DNA of 64,000 nucleotides. Source: Chloroflexota bacterium. Lineage in GTDB: Bacteria; Chloroflexota; UBA11872. The notes under the pieces are model-generated. The model ran no database searches and was not told the origin of the DNA. It worked only from the letters and a program-made list of their open reading frames with translations. The stretch spans positions 9 through 64,008 of the forward strand of contig WTFW01000083.1 of the NCBI GenBank assembly GCA_011523785.1, read 5' to 3'. The position numbers and the translations under genes were made by a program. Positions 63,697-64,000 of this stretch are shown in pieces (the stretch's first letter is position 1; each line of letters opens with the position of its first letter).

Positions 63697-64000
63697 GCCG
63701 CGCCCAGCGCGACCACGAGCAGCGTGGCCCCTGCCGAGATCACCATCGCGGCATCGCCCGCGAAGTGGCTGGACAAGAAGAACGGTGTCGCAAAGCCCAG
63801 GCCCACGGCCACCAGCACCGGACGGTGCAAGATGCCGAACAGGATGTAGCCCAGGGCCACGATGCCGATGGAGACTCGCGCGATCGTGATTCCCTCGACA
63901 TCGGGCCTCCAGAGGCCGGCCGCGAGGGGAATGACAAACGCCGCGCCGGCGACCGTCAGCCAGAAGAAAAATACGCGGAGTCCCGCTCGCTGCGAGGCAG
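63669..64000 (-). CDS. Membrane protein, 5'-truncated by the window end, overlapping the downstream winged-helix regulator gene
   Basis: Hand translation of the minus strand from 64000 is open in frame and hydrophobic (..FFFWLTVAGAAFVIPLAAGLW...VALGYILFGILHRPVLVAVGLGF..). It overlaps the regulator start by 28 nt. Confidence 0.6.
   Translation of the reverse strand, partial: ASQRAGLRVFFFWLTVAGAAFVIPLAAGLWRPDVEGITIARVSIGIVALGYILFGILHRPVLVAVGLGFATPFFLSSHFAGDAAMVISAGATLLVVALGAAWIRWSDNH

Overview
This is a densely coding, visibly high-G+C bacterial chromosomal segment; G+C was judged by eye, not computed. I support about 55 protein genes on both strands. I found no rRNA, tRNA, CRISPR array, transposase, integrase or phage genes by manual reading. 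PT-rich linkers, LGFP repeats, VEK-rich lipoprotein tethers and DUF2723 suggest a Chloroflexota/Thermomicrobia-like or actinobacterial origin, but that is inference only.

Housekeeping content includes ddl, pyrE, glnA, holB-ricT, a PabB/TrpE-family enzyme, threonine aldolase, pterin-4a-carbinolamine dehydratase and a proVWX betaine transporter. Envelope and glycan genes are dispersed across the window: a GT2 polyprenyl-phosphate glycosyltransferase, DedA, two very large GT-C-like membrane proteins, a sugar nucleotidyltransferase and four SDR epimerase/dehydratase paralogs. There is also an ECF sigma factor paired with a very long PT-rich membrane partner, a mazEF-like toxin-antitoxin pair next to a DUF4143 ATPase, two large putative glycoside hydrolases and a split D-glutamate-cyclase pair.

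The most unusual parts are:
- A compositionally distinct, lower-G+C island at about 36.5-43.4 kb. It encodes a NarL-type two-component system, a secreted ankyrin-repeat protein bracketed by a duplicated Cys-containing domain, an orphan fused DppB-DppC-like permease with degenerate ATPase-coupling loops, and a DUF805-ankyrin membrane fusion. It also carries decayed fragments of its own genes.
- An exact 269-bp tandem duplication that splits a Cys-based phosphatase gene.
- A perfect TGTTTCACGTGAAACA palindrome present at two loci, both next to pterin/folate-related genes.
- Three tandem 25-bp repeats inside the proW-proX spacer.
- A 525-bp gene-free region between convergent genes.

All functional calls rest on motif recognition by eye. 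No database search was run.
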